This document shows, one piece after another, positions 1-10,101 of a stretch of 64,000 nt of DNA. The notes under the pieces were generated by a model. That model was not told where the DNA came from. It searched no databases and saw nothing but the letters and a program-made list of their open reading frames with translations. The stretch covers positions 2,854 to 66,853 of the forward strand of contig CAWIIC010000003.1 in NCBI GenBank assembly GCA_963836045.1, in the 5' to 3' direction. Each line of letters begins with the position of its first letter. Positions within the stretch are counted from its first letter, which is position 1. The DNA is from an uncultured Pseudomonadota bacterium (GTDB taxonomy: Bacteria > Chloroflexota > UBA5177 > JAJPKF01). The position numbers were made by a program, and so were the translations under genes.

Positions 1-2859
1 GCGTTCGTCGTGCTGCCATAGTCAACCGTAGCAACGTTGCTGGCGCAGGAGGCATTGGTGACGGTTATCGTCGTGCCGGGAACCGTGTGTGCCGTCTGCC
101 GATTGAGCGCATCGTAGGCGTTGGTGGTGACGTTGACTGACGCTCCATAGCTGGTGGAGGTGAGCTGATTACCAACCGAGTCATACGTCTGCGAGGAGGC
201 GATGGCGCCAGCAACCGCCAGAGACGTAGGAGCCTGGGCATGACAGCACTGAGAACTGAACGGAGGTGCTCGTAGATGCAGTGACCACAAACGCTCCGTT
301 GTATCCAGTAGGATTGACACCACTGATAAAGACCCAGCTTCCCACCGGTGGCGGTGTCGTGGTGCTGGTGTAGTCAACGGTTGCAACATTGCTTGCGCAG
401 CTCGCAGTGGTCACAGCCATTCGGCTACCCGGATCCGACTGAGCTAGTTGCCGGTCGTCAAAGTCAAACGCGGTTCCGGTGAGGTTCCCCTGGTCGTCTC
501 GCGCGAAGGTGACGTTGTTATCACCGTCGTACGTGTTGACGGACTCGGACATGTCCGTACCGCCGCTAGAATACGTTCCAGGGCAGGAGGAGACCGCATA
601 AGTAATAGAAGTACTGTGCGAGCCGGTCACCTGATATGAGCCGTTGTACCCCGATGGCGTGACCCCTGAAACCACAACATAGGAGTTCGTAGCCGGAGGA
701 TTGGACGTGCTGGCAAAGTTGAGCGTGACGACGTTACTGGTACAAGTTGCCGTGGTAACCGTGAGGGCTGTGCCGGGATCGGTCTGTGTCAGCAGATTGC
801 CAGCTGGATCATATGTTGATGCAGTCGTCCACAGAGAAGCAGTAGCACCGCTTGCATTGCCATTGGGTTCGACGGTGGTGGCTACCTGACCGTCCGGCTG
901 ATAGGTCGTGGTGGTCACATCCGGTGTGGTACCACCGGTTGCACAGGTGCCGGCTGTGGTCGGCATGACACTGTCGCAGGTGACGTCGCCATAGCTGTCG
1001 TAGGCTGTTGTGTCGTTGTTGTTGTTTGGATCCTTGACGTTGGTGAGATCGCCAACATTGGTGTCGCTGTTCTGGTTGTAGGTGTACGTCGTCGTGAGGC
1101 TGGCAGGCGTTCCCGCCGTTTGCTGGACCGTGCAGGCGAGCAACCAGGCAGCAAGGCCGGTTTGGTTGCAGGTGCCGTTGGTTGCGCCGTAGTAGTTGGT
1201 GGTCGTGTAGGCGGGAGTGCCGGTGTTGCACGCACCGCTATACGACGTTGCTTGTTCGAGCGGATTGGTGGTGGTCGCGACCAGGTTGGGGTAGGTCGAG
1301 TTGTAGGTGTAGCTCGTGACGTTGCCTTGCACTTGCCAGAAGTTGCCTCCGGATGAGGATCCGGGACTTCCAGAGACGGCATATTGAACCGTAGTGGTTG
1401 AGGCTCCGGTTACCTGGAAGGTCCCGTCATACGCAGTGTTGGTCACTCCCGAGACGACGATGGTCGCCCCGACGATCGGCGCTGTGGTGGCGGCAAAGGT
1501 AAGCGTAGCGGTACCGCCTGACGACGATGCGCCGGTGATGTTGACGGTAGGACCTGGATTCCCCGGTTTGACAGAGCATTGGACATCACCCAGGTACGTG
1601 CCCGTCCCAAACCAGTCTGTGTAGGACGTGAGATAGCTGGCGCCACTGCCGTTGGCCGGCTCCGTCGTCGTGTGATCACCAAGCGTATTGGCGTCGACCG
1701 AATAGTTAGTCGTTGCCTGCACGGAGGTTCCGACACCTTGCCTCTCAGAGGTCAGCAAGCCATCGACGAGGATGTCCTGTGTCTCGTTCCCGTCGGCATC
1801 AATCGTCGTTGTGGTCTGCGTGCCGTCGGTGCTGCAGGTTCCCCTTCCGTAGTTGCACTGGTAGGCATACGAGGTAATGGCGTTTAATCCGGCGGCTTTA
1901 GCTGCCGCATCCTGTGTATATACGGCACGGCCGGAGGTGTCATACCAGATCAGCTCACCCGGAGCCGAGGCCGCGTGCTCGTTTGGGGTTTGAATGCTGT
2001 TGAGCAAGCCCTCGCTGTTGTACTGGTAATAGGTAGTGTTTCCATCGGCATCGGCTGAAGTCGCCAGCTGATTGCTGCCATTGTAGGTAAAGCTGACCTT
2101 GAGCGTTCCGGTGCCGGCATTGGCGCTTGAGGTCACGCTGGTGATCTCGGTCCCGCTGTACGCCAGGGTCAAGGTTCGGTTGGTGCCACAGGTAGTTCCC
2201 GAGACGGTGGTGCACTCGGTAACGGTGGTCAGCTGGGTGTTGCCGCTGTTGTAGGTCATCTCGGTTGGGTAGCCGTTGATATCCCGTTCTTCACAGAGAG
2301 CACCTGAGGGTTGGCCGGCAGGAGGCGTGGCCGTGATCTGATAAAACGCATACTTCGTCTGGTCATGAGCGGTGAGAACCAAGGCAGTCGCCGGGCAGTT
2401 TGGCGCCAACGTCTGGCCGGTATTCACTACGAGGCTAGCCAGGACTCGAGTCGGTGGTGCATAGGTACTGCCGTTGTAGGCGAAGGTCACCGCGCTGCGA
2501 TCATTCGGGTGCGGTGCTGGGTCCGGATGGAGAACGTGATCAGGCAGGCCGACCGCCCATTGACCGAGACGCTGATGTCTCCGCCGCCGTTGCTCGTTGA
2601 ACGACGGAATGACACAACGAGGTGTGCATCTAGCTCATACCAGCCTCTGAGGTTGGGCACGGAGAACGGGCTGCTATGCACGGGAAGGAGCATGCCGGGC
2701 CGGGGCGAACAGCGGTCGGCGTAGGACGAAGAGCGGCTGATATGCCGGTGGACGGTGTGCAGCCGAGGATGTGGCCCCGGCACCGGAGGCAGTTCGTTCC
2801 GCGTGTAGACTGGCGCCTAGAACCAGTAGGAGCGACACGGCACCTGGAATGAGCCGCAT
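1..2859 (-). pseudogene. YD-repeat (RHS-family) secreted protein, reading frame broken at >=3 places; C-terminal part runs off the window start
   Basis: ORF 181-2490 carries several YD-repeat signatures (DADGNTTYYQYNSEGLL, YDPAGNLLTQTDP, TYDGDNNVTFARDDQGNLT). A signal-peptide-like N-terminus (MRLIPGAVSLLLVLGASLHA) lies in another frame (ORF 2674-2859), and a beta-rich stretch lies in a third frame (2487-2783). Past the stop at 181, a shifted frame continues to position 1 with SSQTYDSVGNQLTSTSYG...NAYDALNRQTAHT. Confidence 0.8.
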
Positions 2860-2867
2860 GCCCTACT

Positions 2868-3976
2868 CTAGTGTTCCGCACCTGAAATAGGTGATGATTC
2901 AGCTTGGGCTAACGCGGCCCTGCCTCGGCGCACGGCAGCGATGATTTTGTCTGCGCCGGCCGTCCACACAAATGGTTTTGGGTCGGCGTTGTGTACGGCG
3001 AGATACTCCTCGATTGCTGCGGTCAATTCTGGGACGGAGAGGAACACGCCGCGACGGATCCGCTTTCCAGACAGTTGCGCGAACCACCGTTCGAGGAGAT
3101 TGAGCCATGAACTGGACGTCGGCGTGAAGTGGAGGCTGAATCGCGGATGCCGTTGGAGCCAGTCGCGGACCTGCGGGTGTTTATGGGTCGCGTAGTTGTC
3201 GAGGATCATATGGATCGCCAGCTCTTGCGGGACTTCCCGATCGATGCGTTTGAGAAAGCGAAGAGACTCCTCGTGCCGGTGTCGAGGCAGGCACTGGCCA
3301 ATGACCGCCCCAGTCAGCACATCCAGCGCTGCAAACAGCGTTGTTGTCCCATGCCGTTTGTAATCGTGAGTCATCGTTCCCGCACGCCCTGGTTTCATGG
3401 GCAGCGACCGCTGCGTCCGGTCCAGCGCCTGAATCTGGCTCTTCTCGTCCACACATAGGACGACCGCCTGGTCGGGTGGGTTGAGATACAGGCCGACCAC
3501 GTCGACGAGTTTCGACTCAAACTCAGGGTCGGTCGAGACCTTGAACGTGTCGACACGATGCGGTTGTAGCTTTCGAGACGACCAGATACGCTGGACCGTC
3601 GTGGCGCTTACTCCTTGCGCACGGGCCATCGTCCGAGTGCTCCAATGGGTCGATGCTGGTGGCGTCGTATCCGTCGTCGCCCGAACAATTGCCTCCACCT
3701 TTGCCTGCGGGATGGTAGGTTTTCGGCCTCTGCCCTCGCGGACCTTGCCGAGATCCCGCAGTCCCTCCTCGGCGAACGGGTTCGCCATTTGGCTACGCTG
3801 GCTGGCGAAGCGCCGACCTCTGCGGCGACCCGGTAGGTGGCAATACCATCTGCGGCAAGGACAAGAGCTTTGGCTCGCTGGACCTCTCGATGAGGGGCAG
3901 TTTGAGACTTCGCGATAGAAAGCAGCACTTCACGCTGACCGTCAGACATCGGCAAGGCGGCTGTTGGAGTTCTCAT
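2868..3976 (-). CDS. IS630-family DDE transposase in two overlapping frames (orfA HTH part 3608-3976, orfB catalytic part 2868-3788; orfB is -1 relative to orfA)
   Basis: orfB has the IS630-type catalytic blocks VLCVDEKSQIQAL, ILDNYATHKH and SSWLNLLERWF. orfA has the HTH part (REVQRAKALVLAADGIATYRVAAEVGASPASVAKWR). The frames join around 3785 (VAKWRT / FAEEGLRDL). The stop TAG is formed by the flanking TA plus the next base. Confidence 0.85.
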
Positions 3977-4020
3977 ACTCCAACTTACCATAATTATCAC
4001 TTAATTGCGGAGCACTACAC
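2871..4020 (-). mobile_element. IS630-family insertion sequence (~1.15 kb)
   Basis: Gapped, imperfect terminal inverted repeats: GTGTTCCGCACCTGAAATAGGTGATGATT (2871-2899) against the reverse complement of 3992-4020 (GTGTAGTGCTCCGCAATTAAGTGATAATT). TA dinucleotides flank both ends (2869-2870, 4021-4022), as expected for IS630/Tc1-type TA target duplication. The element encodes a DDE transposase. Confidence 0.85.
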
Positions 4021-5333
4021 TAGTCTTGGGGATTCGTGGGACGCGGCCGGCAGATCCCGGGGGACTGAGGGCTCGAACGCATGACAAGCTCGTGGCTGAC
4101 TCCCGCGCTCAGCTGGCTCACGTGGTCGCAGATGAAGGTCGGCGTCGGATCCCCCCTGCCCTCGCCGCAGCTTCCGCCGTCGCCGATCTCACCGTACTCG
4201 CAGCCGCCCCAGTTGTAGACCCTGTGACCGACGGTGAGGGCGGAGCCGTAGTCGCCTGCGGCTGCGATAGCGACGAACCTGAGCCTCGGAGCGATCCGAA
4301 CCGGAAACTGGATGTAGCCCTCGATGTACCCCGTTCCCGCCTCCCCTTCGTAATCGTGGCCCCAGGCCATCAGGACTCCGCTCTTGAGCAGCGCCAGCGA
4401 CGCAAAACCGGAAGACACCGCCTTGACGTTTCGCAGGTGATACACGCTCACCGGGTGGTCCACGCAACCGTAGAAGGCGGTGGGTATGCCGCAGGAGGGA
4501 TCGAGCCGAGACTTGGTGGCGAGAGTGTCGCGACCCCAGGACTTAACCCGCCCGTCCGCTAGAACCGCGAGAGCCGTGTTCCCGTAGTTGCCGACTTCGG
4601 CCGCCACCGCCTTGGTGATTTGGTAGACCTGCGCCGGATGGTCGATGCAGACGCACTTGTTGTGCGGGATGCGGTTGATGCCAAGGGTTCCCCCGCCTCC
4701 GGCACCCCAGGTCCAGACGCGACCGGTCCAGGAAAGTGCCAGCATGACGCCGGAGACGGAGACTGACCTGATGTTGCGCAGGCCGGGCACGCGATGCGGC
4801 CGGGCAACGCACTGGCACCCCGAAGAGCTCACGTACCCTAAGCCCAGCTGGCCGGAGCCGTTGCTGCCCCAGGTCCACACGGTGCCATCGCTTCGCAGGG
4901 CGGCGGCCTCAGAGTTCCCAGCAGAGACGGCGGTGATTTGGTTCAGGCCCGACACGGGATGGAATCGTCGGATGCACATGCAGCCGCTCACCCCGACGGT
5001 ACCATTACCGGCAATCCCATGGCGGTTGTCTCCTGCCATCCAGACACGACCGTTACTATCCACAGCCAGGCTGAAGCCGTAGCCGGCAGAGACCTGAACG
5101 ACCTTCCTCAGGCCCCTGACGCGGACCGGCGGGAGGCACGAGCACCCGTCCTGCGCGACTGGTCTGTTCGCGCCGAACTCGTCCACGCCATTCTCACCCC
5201 AGCCCCAAACAGATGAGACGTGCGCAGTACCAGGCCCGGCGATTCCGTCATGCGCAGCGGCCGCGCTCGCGCCGACGATTGAGGGACTCGCAATAACGAC
5301 GAGAGCTAGCCACCACCAGATCTTGGATATCAC
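4020..5333 (-). CDS. Secreted RCC1-repeat (beta-propeller) protein
   Basis: Repeated RCC1-like units (WGWGENG, VWMAGDNRHGIAGNG, VWTWGSNGSGQLGLG, VWTWGAGGGGTLG, LMAWGHDYEGEAGTG, VYNWGGCEYGEIGDG). The proposed GTG start at 5333 gives MISKIWWWLALVVIASPSIVGASAAAA as a signal peptide and overlaps the upstream stop as GTGA. The start position is inferred. Confidence 0.8.
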   Translation of the reverse strand: MISKIWWWLALVVIASPSIVGASAAAAHDGIAGPGTAHVSSVWGWGENGVDEFGANRPVAQDGCSCLPPVRVRGLRKVVQVSAGYGFSLAVDSNGRVWMAGDNRHGIAGNGTVGVSGCMCIRRFHPVSGLNQITAVSAGNSEAAALRSDGTVWTWGSNGSGQLGLGYVSSSGCQCVARPHRVPGLRNIRSVSVSGVMLALSWTGRVWTWGAGGGGTLGINRIPHNKCVCIDHPAQVYQITKAVAAEVGNYGNTALAVLADGRVKSWGRDTLATKSRLDPSCGIPTAFYGCVDHPVSVYHLRNVKAVSSGFASLALLKSGVLMAWGHDYEGEAGTGYIEGYIQFPVRIAPRLRFVAIAAAGDYGSALTVGHRVYNWGGCEYGEIGDGGSCGEGRGDPTPTFICDHVSQLSAGVSHELVMRSSPQSPGICRPRPTNPQD

Positions 5334-6294
5334 GGCATGTCGACGGTGCTGGCATTGCCATCGCTCGACATGCAATGGTTGCCCGACCAGAACCCCAGGT
5401 CGGGAGTCGCAATAGGCGTGCCAGGTGGTGGCCGTGTGGGCGTCGGGGCAGCACAGAGCGGTGGAGGGACATCTGGACTGGGGGTGGGACATGGTGTCCC
5501 CGAGCCGGACGCGCACTCGTTGCCGACGTCAATTTGGTTGGACAGCGTGTAGTCTGACCTGTTTACCTGGTAGACCGGAGTTAGTTCGGCGTCCATGTGC
5601 CACTCGGCGTCTTCCTGCCAGCCGTACATCTTCTGGTTGTAGGCACTGAGACACAAGTCGCCGGAACTCTGGAAATCGTTCCAGTCCTCGTGCGCCTCGG
5701 CGACAACAAAGTAGCCCAAGCTCTCATCGTAACCACCGTTGATAGTGAATGGGTAGTAGCGGACGTGGTAGTCCTGGAGCCAGGGCGTGGCAGTCGGCGT
5801 GACGCCAGCCTTGCAGGGATTGGACTTGACCCCGTTTGTGTACGGCCACGCGGTTGCCAGTGGCGTCGCCGGCGAGCAGGAGCTAGCCTGCGTCATGTTC
5901 TCATAGTCCCGGGAGCCGTCGGAGGAGTCGTTTAAACCCGCAGTCGCCAGAGCATGGCCCACCTTCGTCGAGTTGGCGTTATTGTAGAAGACCAGGTTAA
6001 TCGGGTTGTCTACTGCCGTCGCCGAGATAGTCGGCGGCTGAGGGGTGCCGTTGACCATGTGTGGGTAGAAATCGTAGTTGTAGTACTGGTCAACGTACGG
6101 ATATGTCCCGCACCCGACGTAACTCCAGACCTGTGCCAAGTTGGGTGCGGCGAAGGCCTAGCTTCGAGGATAGCGTAGCCCGTGTGAACGCCAAGGGCAG
6201 CACCGCAGCACATTGCCAGCACAATGCCGGTCAGGAACGTCTTTGGAACGGTTTTGCCAGGCCGCGAGCTGCCGCTGGCGCTCATGGGTTGCAT
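5330..6294 (-). pseudogene. Secreted protein of unknown function; signal peptide and mature part lie in different frames
   Basis: ORF 6010-6294 begins with a signal-like segment (KTFLTGIVLAMCCGAALGVHTGYAILEA). ORF 5330-6139 continues in another frame (AFAAPNLAQVWSYVGCGTYPYVDQYY...). The junction at ~6150 looks like a 1-nt indel. I recognise no family. Confidence 0.5.
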
Positions 6295-6818
6295 GACTGA
6301 TCGTATTTAGGTGTTGGCATCTGAGAGTGGTCGGCGAGCGTGGCGTCGAGGTTGGGGATGACGCCCGCCACGTCACCGTGGAGGTTATCGACAAACACCG
6401 TCAGTTCCGTGACGCCATCCCAAGTCGCGCTGTAGTTCTGGGCGGCGTAGGGAGGATTGGCCGTCTCGCTACAGTCGTAGTCGAGCTGCACCCAGGTACC
6501 AGGGACGCTGACAGGGCGCGCGAAGACGACTGTGACAACGCGCGAGGATACTGCCGTCGGATTCGGTCCATGGTTGTTCGGATGTCTCGGTGACCGAACG
6601 GTTGGCGATCAAGCCCTGAACGCGCGAATCGACGTCGACGATTTGACTCGCCTTGGCCGCTTCCTGGGCCGTCAACTGTGGAACCGAACCTGGGAAGGGC
6701 GTCCCCACTACGGGCTGAGGCAGCTTGCCAGGCGCGTGGCCGCCACCGCGAGCGCGGTGGCCAGCGACACGACGCACGCGCTCAGAACGATAATGACGCT
6801 CGCGCCCAGCTTGCTCAC
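6282..6818 (-). pseudogene. Small secreted protein of unknown function, >=2 frame breaks
   Basis: A GTG at 6818 preceded by GGAG gives VSKLGASVIIVLSACVVSLATALAVAAT (signal-like). The sequence then continues in the frames of ORF 6469-6777 and ORF 6282-6491. Its stop overlaps the start of the next gene. Confidence 0.4.
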
Positions 6819-7105
6819 GTTCTCCGGGTCCGTCCTAGTCGGAATCGCCTCTATCAGGCTAGCACATGTCTGGGAGTACCTCAGTTCATCCAGAGCCGAG
6901 GCGGGCTTAAGTACTCCGTCGCGGCAAGCTGTTATTCCAGCTGGCTTGATCTGACGGCCTGATGGGGTTCGTCTTGGGCTCTTTTGCCGCGAATCCTCTC
7001 GACGCCGTTACTGCGCCACGCGCCACCAATTGCGAAATGAACACCCTACCAGTTGACGCTTTGACAGCTACACACGCGACTTCACATCGCACAGAGCAGC
7101 CATAG

Positions 7106-7270
7106 CTACTCGTTGGTGTTTGCAAGCGGCGCGGTCTTGTCCAGGGCAATCGCGATCTGATGAAGACTGGTGAGGTGGATCCGGCTTCCCTTCATCGCGG
7201 CGTTTACCCTGGACGCGCTGAGGGCAGCGGCACGCGCCAAATTTTTCCGTGTCCAGCACCCCCGAGCCAT
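7106..7270 (-). CDS. Possible 54-aa helix-turn-helix protein (below the ORF-track size cutoff)
   Basis: My own translation gives MARGCWTRKNLARAAALSASRVNAAMKGSRIHLTSLHQIAIALDKTAPLANTNE. The segment LARAAALSASRVNAAMKG...LHQIAIAL resembles an XRE-type HTH. There is no other support. Confidence 0.3.
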   Translation of the reverse strand: MARGCWTRKNLARAAALSASRVNAAMKGSRIHLTSLHQIAIALDKTAPLANTNE

Positions 7271-7703
7271 CTCGCAGTGCAACTGTCGATGATTAACGCG
7301 TATTCTCAGTTGGGGCCTCCTACGGGATTTGGAGTTCGGACGCGATCGCTATCATGGGTGCAAGTGGGAACCAGGTCCTCACGTATCAGAACGTGCCGGC
7401 CTGGATCATCTCTCTCTGGGTCTGGGTTCGCTGTTGGCACGCCCGGGAGGATAGACAGCCACGAGGAATCAGTCGTGGTCAACGCCTCGGCTGGCCACCC
7501 CCTCATCAGATTTACGTAGGGACTGTTTGAGCTCAGGCGTGGAGTAACGCGGACTCTCGTCTATGGCGGCAACCAGCTACGTGGCTGATGGGATAAAGCT
7601 CGGACCGGACTTGCGGGGACTCGGGCTCGGCGAGCAACTTGGGCCAACCCCTTCGTTGTTCGCAGCCCAGAGTTTTTGAGAATCAGACCCCCGCTAAAAA
7701 CGC

Positions 7704-8204
7704 CTACTTGACCTGGAATTTCGCATCGATCGGCTGACCGAATCTGTAGACTCTACTGACATCACGAGTCTTCGGCACATGACCGGCAAACGCTAATTCA
7801 TATATGAGGTCGTAAAAACCAGCATGCGACGGCGCTCGGAAACGGACTCTTACATTCACGGACGTTCCGGGTTTGGCGTTTGGGACTGATGTAGTTGCCG
7901 CGGAGCTATTTTCCACCGTGGCCCTTCCGGCCGAGTCGCCTTCGAACCAGATCAGCACGAGGCGAACGTTGTGCCACTCGATCGCGCCGCAGTTCTTAAG
8001 CTTCCACACCTTTCTTGCCAGTTTGCCAGCTGCTAGCGGCGGTCCTCCATTGGGAATGGTTACATCGCTCACCCAGCTTTCGCACAATCCGGTGTAGAAG
8101 GACTTTGCAGGGGTCCGCATTGCTAATCCAACCGATGCGTTGACAAGGACAATGACACTGAACGCCATAATCCAGAAGACGAATGGTCGAATACTGTTCA
8201 GCAT
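7704..8204 (-). CDS. Membrane-anchored protein with NBR1-type Ig-like (FW) domain
   Basis: An N-terminal hydrophobic anchor (FVFWIMAFSVIVLVNASVGLA) is followed by SDVTIPNG...KVWKLKNCGAIEW...KPGTSVNVRVRFRAPSHAGFY...FGQPIDAKFQV. This matches the bacterial NBR1-like Ig-domain pattern. Confidence 0.7.
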   Translation of the reverse strand: MLNSIRPFVFWIMAFSVIVLVNASVGLAMRTPAKSFYTGLCESWVSDVTIPNGGPPLAAGKLARKVWKLKNCGAIEWHNVRLVLIWFEGDSAGRATVENSSAATTSVPNAKPGTSVNVRVRFRAPSHAGFYDLIYELAFAGHVPKTRDVSRVYRFGQPIDAKFQVK

Positions 8205-8230
8205 GGAATCAGCCCCGGCGGCAATTTCTT

Positions 8231-8991
8231 ATGACAGCATGGCTCCCAAGTATTATCGTCACCGCCTCTAGCCTCGTCGTCGTTTTTCTGATCGATGAGT
8301 ACCTGCCACGTAGACCGGAGATTCGGTGGCACGTCGGCAACCACCGTCTGACGATCAGCGAGGACTTTCCACAATTGCAGTTCGTCTATGCGAAAGAATC
8401 ACGGAAACGACTGTCGGTCGCCACAGTCTTCTTATACAACAGTGGTTGCGATACGCTTAAATCCGATGACGTGAAGGATTTCTCCATCCGTAGCTCGACG
8501 GGCAACCAGATACTGGCCGTGCGGGTGGTTGCGACTAACGATGCGAAATGCGATCTAGCTGTGGAGGATAGACCGGAAGCGTTGTCACGGTGTTCCGTCG
8601 CATTCGCGTTCTACGGCGGAAGCGTGGAGCTGTTATTCAAGTACTACACACAGGGTCACGTGCTAGCGACATCTGTGTCTCCACGTCGTTTGCGACGGGA
8701 GATGACCGTGAGGCTGACGTGACCGGAGATGTTCGGCGCTTAGGCCGCTTTCGCGGCCGAACCTCAATGGCCTGGGTCACGGCGGTCACGGCGGGACTCG
8801 CTCTTCTCATTGGAGCTGACGCACTGTCGATTTCCTTCGCTCGATCCGATACCCTCAACACGGCCACGGCTCTATACCTCTCTGGCGCCGTATTCTTGGG
8901 CGTGACGTCAGCTCAGCTATCCCGATCAAGCCTCCCGCGTGAGCTGCGAGCCGCGTATTGCGGTGCCCTGGCCGCCCTCGCCGACGACTAG
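8231..8991 (+). CDS. Hypothetical membrane protein, possibly two frames (8231-8722 and 8590-8991)
   Basis: An ATG at 8231 gives MTAWLPSIIVTASSLVVVFLI (TM helix). A second frame adds two further TM-like helices (WVTAVTAGLALLIGADAL, LYLSGAVFLGVTSA). No family recognised. Confidence 0.25.
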
Positions 8992-9263
8992 CTTTCGGCC
9001 AGTTCGCCGAGGTCCGAGACCTCGTCGACACGAACGAGGGGTAGCTGCGTTCCGGCCGCCCCCACCGCCGCGTTAATGCGTCTGAACTCTATTCCACTGA
9101 TCACAGAGGAACCAAGCAAAGTCGCCGATGTCAGACCCATGATGAGAGGCGAGGATGTTTTACCTGATAGCTCCACAACTAAAGCAAACACGGCGACTCC
9201 TCCAAGGAAGCATGAGGTTCCAAACTTGGCTACGTTGCGTGCCGATAGATCTCCAAGATACAC
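8988..9263 (-). CDS. Hypothetical small membrane protein
   Basis: A 91-aa ORF with two hydrophobic helices (FLGGVAVFALVVEL, LIMGLTSATLLGSSVISGI). No homology recognised. Confidence 0.25.
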   Translation of the reverse strand: MYLGDLSARNVAKFGTSCFLGGVAVFALVVELSGKTSSPLIMGLTSATLLGSSVISGIEFRRINAAVGAAGTQLPLVRVDEVSDLGELAES

Positions 9264-9469
9264 GACATTTCCCCTCTCCCCACGGAAAGAACCTTGCAGT
9301 CGACCGGTTCCAAGCTGGGAGTCCGTTGCCGATCAGTCAGGACTGCAACGTGGGCGAGCGTACACCAGTTCAACGTCGGGATGCAGGTGGCGAACGACGC
9401 AAATAGCCTCAAGCAGTCAACGCCAAGAACCGCGCGGGCGGCTGGCGCAAATTGATGCGAGGAAGGAGC

Positions 9470-9660
9470 CATTGATTAGTCGAGGCGTGGAGATCTCGCA
9501 GCCGAGCAACGTCATGTTGAACACACAGCTCTTCCGTTCGGAGACAATCGGGGTAGCCGCCTCGACACCAGGCATTCGAGTGTTGGGAAGGCTCAACAGA
9601 GGCTGATAGAATTTCCTTGCGGCTGCGTCCACACTCTTAGTCCAGGGGGCACGGTAGCTG
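9470..9660 (-). pseudogene. Decayed duplicate of the 5' end of the nucleotidyltransferase gene at 18117-18900
   Basis: VDAAARKFYQPLLSLPNTRMPGVEAATPIVSE (ORF 9417-9671) corresponds to MDATARKQYQPLLSLPKTRIPAVEAATRIVSE (18.9 kb). Nucleotide blocks are shared, e.g. GCTCAACAGAGGCTGATA and GTTCGGAGACAATC.GGGT.GCCGCCTCGAC. Confidence 0.5.
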
Positions 9661-10101
9661 AGCCCGAACATTTCGACCGGCTAGATGTCGTGATGCACGC
9701 ATCTCGCCCACCACGAACGGGGGTTTGGTGTGCGCCACTCCCCAGGTGCTCCGCGGTTTCTCGGAGAAATGTTTTACTAGCGCCTTTGGCTTGTACCCGA
9801 CGATAAGAAACGGTACGAGAATTTTGGCGGTTCCATCGCGCCGCCATAGACGACCCCCTGCCTCGAGGCGGGTATCCACCGCCAGTAACAGGGGTCTGGA
9901 TTCTCTTCTCCAGTGACGGTGCCGGGCAGCTCCTGTGAGACTGACTCGACCAGGAAATATGCACGAAAGCATATTCGGCACGTGGAGGCGACCTCGTACC
10001 ACCAGATTGAGATTTGTCCTCCTGGATGTTTTCGCACATCGATCTTGTCACTGACCTTGCCCCGTTTTCGCGGACACATTTTTTCTGGACTCTCTAGGCT
10101 G

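Noticed and set aside
3780-3792. Programmed -1 ribosomal frameshift in the IS630 transposase
   Set aside because: orfB is -1 relative to orfA, and the junction (AAATGGCGAACCCGTTCG) would give a sensible fusion. I see no canonical X-XXY-YYZ slippery site, however. I cannot distinguish recoding from an inactivating indel, so I left it as a note on the CDS.
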